40,292 nt of DNA. Source: an uncultured Gammaproteobacteria bacterium. GTDB lineage: Bacteria > Patescibacteriota > Patescibacteriia > Patescibacteriales > GWC2-42-12. Positions 37,363-40,292 of the stretch are shown here, piece by piece (the first letter of the stretch is position 1; each line of letters begins with the position of its first letter). Below the pieces are notes generated by a model that searched no databases, was not told the origin of the DNA, and saw only the letters and a list, made by a program, of their open reading frames with translations. The position numbers and the translations under genes are program-made. Where the stretch lies: contig CAZKKV010000004.1 of assembly GCA_964553705.1 (NCBI GenBank), positions 1 to 40,292 of the forward strand, written 5' to 3'.

Positions 37363-37801
37363 ACACTCGATTTTATATTAATTATTATGAAAACTCGTTT
37401 TCCATTAAAGCTCAATTCTATTTTATGTTTTCCAGTTTTTTTATTGTCTCTTTTATTTTAATTGACTTAAAATCGATATTATAACCTTGCTCATTAAGAA
37501 CTTTTGCTATTTTCTTAACACTTATCTTGGCGTATAAATTACCTTTATCGTCAATTTTTGCGCTAATATCAAATATCTTTCCCGCGAGAGAATCAACTGT
37601 ATTCAAAGTGTCTCCAGCGATTATTATTTTCTGCTTCTCAGTCTTTCTTTTTTGCGATTCCAAAAAAAACAAATCATGTCTTGACGCCTGTTTGGCCAGC
37701 CCTGCAGGAATTAAATGGTTTCTAGCATATCCTTTCTTTACTTCTTTTGTATCTCCTGGTTGACCAAGACCTTTTACTAATTTTAATAATATTATCTTCA
37801 T
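37359..37801 (-). CDS. rplI: 50S ribosomal protein L9, frameshifted at the A7 run (37436-37442)
   Basis: MKIILL..VKGLG..GD..EVKKGYARNHLIP and GNLY; a -1 shift restores IKKTGKHKIELSF...* ending in an ATGA overlap with pyrG (147 aa). Confidence 0.88.
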
Positions 37802-37869
37802 ATATTATCTGTCAATTTTGCACAACAAAAAAATTGACGGCAAAATAATTATATTTTTTATAACCGCTA

Positions 37870-38139
37870 TTATTTAATTTTAAAAACCAAATCACCAACT
37901 CTAGCTTTTTCACTAATCTTTACGCCTATTGAATCGCCTTTACCTGCTTCATTCACAGACTTGTTCTCAATTTGCATTGAATTAATTTCTTGTTCAAAGT
38001 CAGTTGTTGCTCCCTTGAATTTCACTTTATCCCCTACCTTCAGATCACCAGACAAGTCAACAGCCACCACTCCAATTTGACCAAAAACATGAGTAACTTC
38101 CCCAATTTTTTCGCCCTCAATGGCTATGTCTTCTGACAT
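37870..38139 (-). CDS. Small translation-factor beta-barrel-like protein (EF-Tu domain II / U32 C-terminal-like)
   Basis: IGEVTHVFGQIGV...LKVGD...SMQI...GDSIGVK...RVGD. Confidence 0.75.
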   Translation of the reverse strand: MSEDIAIEGEKIGEVTHVFGQIGVVAVDLSGDLKVGDKVKFKGATTDFEQEINSMQIENKSVNEAGKGDSIGVKISEKARVGDLVFKIK

Positions 38140-38157
38140 AATTGATATTTTAATTTA

Positions 38158-39576
38158 TTAACTTGATGGTCCGACCTCTTTCCATAAAGGTAAATTCGGG
38201 CAAGGTTTAACACTTTCAATATTTGACTCCTGATCCTCTACTTGAATTTTATACTGATAACTCGCTCCTGACGAGATATCAGTATCTATATAAGTAAATT
38301 GAGTATTAGGGATATCATCTGCTATTATCATCCAGTAGTTGCTATCTACTCTATTATCATGCATTTTACGCCAAACCTCATAATGATCAACTCCCCAACC
38401 GATTTGTTCCCAATTTAAGTTAACTTCATCACAATTGCATTGACCCAGACTTAGAACTGGCACGCAGTAACTTGTGCCATATTCCTGACCCGAATCATCA
38501 GGAGACCACTCTGAATCACCATCTTCTCCTAATGCTTTTACTCTAAAATAATAAGAAACATTTGGATAAAGACTTGCAGAACAACTTGTTATATCTGGGT
38601 TAACGCTACAAAAATCATCCCAATCAGATATGTCTGTTTTTACTTGAACATTAAACCCAATTTCATTATATGAATTATCAGCCCATTCCACTTTTACACC
38701 ATAACACAAATTATCAAGATTAATAATATCTCCAATTATCGGCATATATGGGAAACATGAAGGTGCTGTGACAAAAATTTCACCAGGAGAAGTCCAATTC
38801 ACCCAAGTGCCTTTATTATCGCCTGCTGTTACTTTCCAATAGTAGGTACTATCAAATTCCAAAGAATCTGCGCAAACCTGATGATAATTAACAGCGGAAG
38901 AAATCGCTCCAGTGTCAAATTCTGGAGACAAAAAATCATCATTGTTGTCAATTTGTAACCAATAAGCAACTTGAGAAGATTCACCAACAGAAGAAAATAT
39001 CCAATTTAAAACTGGTACTGGGAAATCACCATCATAACAATCAGGCTGAGTAACTAAATCTGTGCAAATTTGAAATTCTGACCAAGGAAATTCAGTTGGA
39101 AAAATATCGGGATATGCATTAGGATCACAAGTACAATCCATAGGAATTTCAAAAGATTCTCCTTCAGCCCAATCAGTCCAAGAATAAAAATTATCTTTGA
39201 CTCCAACTCTCCAATAATAAGTCCTGTATTCCTCTAAATACTCTCCTTGAATCGTGTAAAAATTAATTGATGAAATTATTTCTCCAGTGTCAATTTCTGG
39301 AGACAAAAAATCATCATTATCGTCAACCTGTAACCAATAAGCAATTTGTTGTGACTCGCCACTTACTGAAGTAACACTCCACGGAAGCACTGGATTAATT
39401 AAAAAACCACTGCAACAACCATCTTTGTTTATTAGTTCTGTGCAAATTTGAATATCAGAGCCAGGATTATTGATTGGATCCTCTGGTCCAGCGAAAACAT
39501 ACAAACAGCACCAAACAACACTTATTAATGTAAATACAGTTAATATGAGTAATATTTTTGAAATCTTTGAAAACAT
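38158..39576 (-). CDS. Secreted acidic Cys-rich protein with fibronectin type III-like repeats
   Basis: N-terminal hydrophobic segment, duplicated Q.AYWLQ.D.NDDFLSPE.DTG.I..YYW.V domain and W.DNS.NE.GF FN3 motif. Confidence 0.85.
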   Translation of the reverse strand: MFSKISKILLILTVFTLISVVWCCLYVFAGPEDPINNPGSDIQICTELINKDGCCSGFLINPVLPWSVTSVSGESQQIAYWLQVDDNDDFLSPEIDTGEIISSINFYTIQGEYLEEYRTYYWRVGVKDNFYSWTDWAEGESFEIPMDCTCDPNAYPDIFPTEFPWSEFQICTDLVTQPDCYDGDFPVPVLNWIFSSVGESSQVAYWLQIDNNDDFLSPEFDTGAISSAVNYHQVCADSLEFDSTYYWKVTAGDNKGTWVNWTSPGEIFVTAPSCFPYMPIIGDIINLDNLCYGVKVEWADNSYNEIGFNVQVKTDISDWDDFCSVNPDITSCSASLYPNVSYYFRVKALGEDGDSEWSPDDSGQEYGTSYCVPVLSLGQCNCDEVNLNWEQIGWGVDHYEVWRKMHDNRVDSNYWMIIADDIPNTQFTYIDTDISSGASYQYKIQVEDQESNIESVKPCPNLPLWKEVGPSS

Positions 39577-39653
39577 AATAAACCCCTAATTATTCCCTGC
39601 TATAATTATACTAAGATATATCTATTATACTATTTTTTTAAGATTCTTTCCAC

Positions 39654-40292
39654 TTAACTGCTTGCTATCATGCTTTTGACAAAATTCTTTATAAAATTTA
39701 ACGAAGACCCATTCAATAATAACGTTAAAACTACTCCGACAAACATCCATATGGCAAAAGGCATAAACTTATAAGCTTTCACTTCTTTTATATTATTTCT
39801 TAACATTGTCTCTTTTATTTTACCTAATTGTTCTTTATTTAATCCCCTTGGGCTAATTTCTCCCAAATTAACATTTTTTAGACTATTTAATTGTTCTTTT
39901 GTCAGTACAATATTCTGAGTTAGATTATTAACATTAACACTTCTGATAGCCGTTTTATCAATATAAAAATTCATTATACCTTGAAAAAAACTAAAAATAA
40001 ACATAAAAACAACCATAGCTACGAAAGAATTAATAATAGCAAAAAGCGTATAGCTAAAATTAATTACTAAACTATATCCACCTATTAATACAAGCAATAT
40101 TGTTATGATTTTTATAAATATTTTATTTTTTAAAACTTTACTAAATAAATCACTGAATATAATTATCAAGGCAAAAATAATAATCTGTAAATAAAAAATA
40201 TCAAATTCTATATATCGTTGTATTAGGGGCTGAAAAACGGCAAAAAACAAAATAATTAAAAATACAACTAAAAACATCGCGCCCATGCCTTT
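39654..40292 (-). CDS. Polytopic membrane protein, probable A24 prepilin/preflagellin peptidase C-terminal part (5' end outside the window)
   Basis: Multiple TM helices, a soluble loop (GL.KEQL) and terminal MPFAIWMFVG helix typical of A24 peptidases; catalytic GxGD not within the window. Confidence 0.55.
   Translation of the reverse strand, partial: KGMGAMFLVVFLIILFFAVFQPLIQRYIEFDIFYLQIIIFALIIIFSDLFSKVLKNKIFIKIITILLVLIGGYSLVINFSYTLFAIINSFVAMVVFMFIFSFFQGIMNFYIDKTAIRSVNVNNLTQNIVLTKEQLNSLKNVNLGEISPRGLNKEQLGKIKETMLRNNIKEVKAYKFMPFAIWMFVGVVLTLLLNGSSLNFIKNFVKSMIASS

Noticed and set aside
367-37763. Numerous short antisense or overlapping ORFs in the ORF track (e.g. 367-693, 5780-6118, 35752-36144)
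   Set aside because: These are shadow frames of well-supported genes, with no recognisable motifs.
1-40292. Alternative genetic code (TGA=Gly or TAG reassignment)
   Set aside because: Conserved genes are full length in code 11, and TGA (hsdM, ATPase) and TAG (corA, pilM, Rrf2) end genes at expected positions. Only dusB has an internal TAG.

Overview
AT-rich bacterial chromosomal segment. It reads in genetic code 11, and gene content and families suggest a Patescibacteria/CPR, Parcubacteria-like genome (inference). Positions 1-5600 are the right part of an integrative element inserted at the 3' end of tRNA-Gln(CTG). This part carries a type I R-M methyltransferase (hsdM) as cargo, a four-gene operon that includes an HTH replication-initiator-like gene with internal iteron-like repeats and a Zn-finger/TerS-like gene, and a large serine recombinase whose ORF runs into the antisense of the tRNA. 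Both element operons start with a consensus sigma70 promoter followed by a long, highly structured 5' leader whose apex can pair with the sequence just before the start codon. These candidate RNA switches or pseudoknots are the most novel-looking signal. The remainder is core genome: patatin, dnaX, a CPR-type VirB4/TraD-like ATPase cluster, corA, dusB (in-frame TAG), cysS, a large M23 surface protein, an MTA/SAH deaminase, murG-ftsW-mraY, a type IV pilus operon, an Rrf2-iscU-nfu-iscS operon, rpmA, pyrG, rplI (frameshifted in an A7 run), an FN3-repeat protein and a partial A24 peptidase. No CRISPR array or rRNA was seen.
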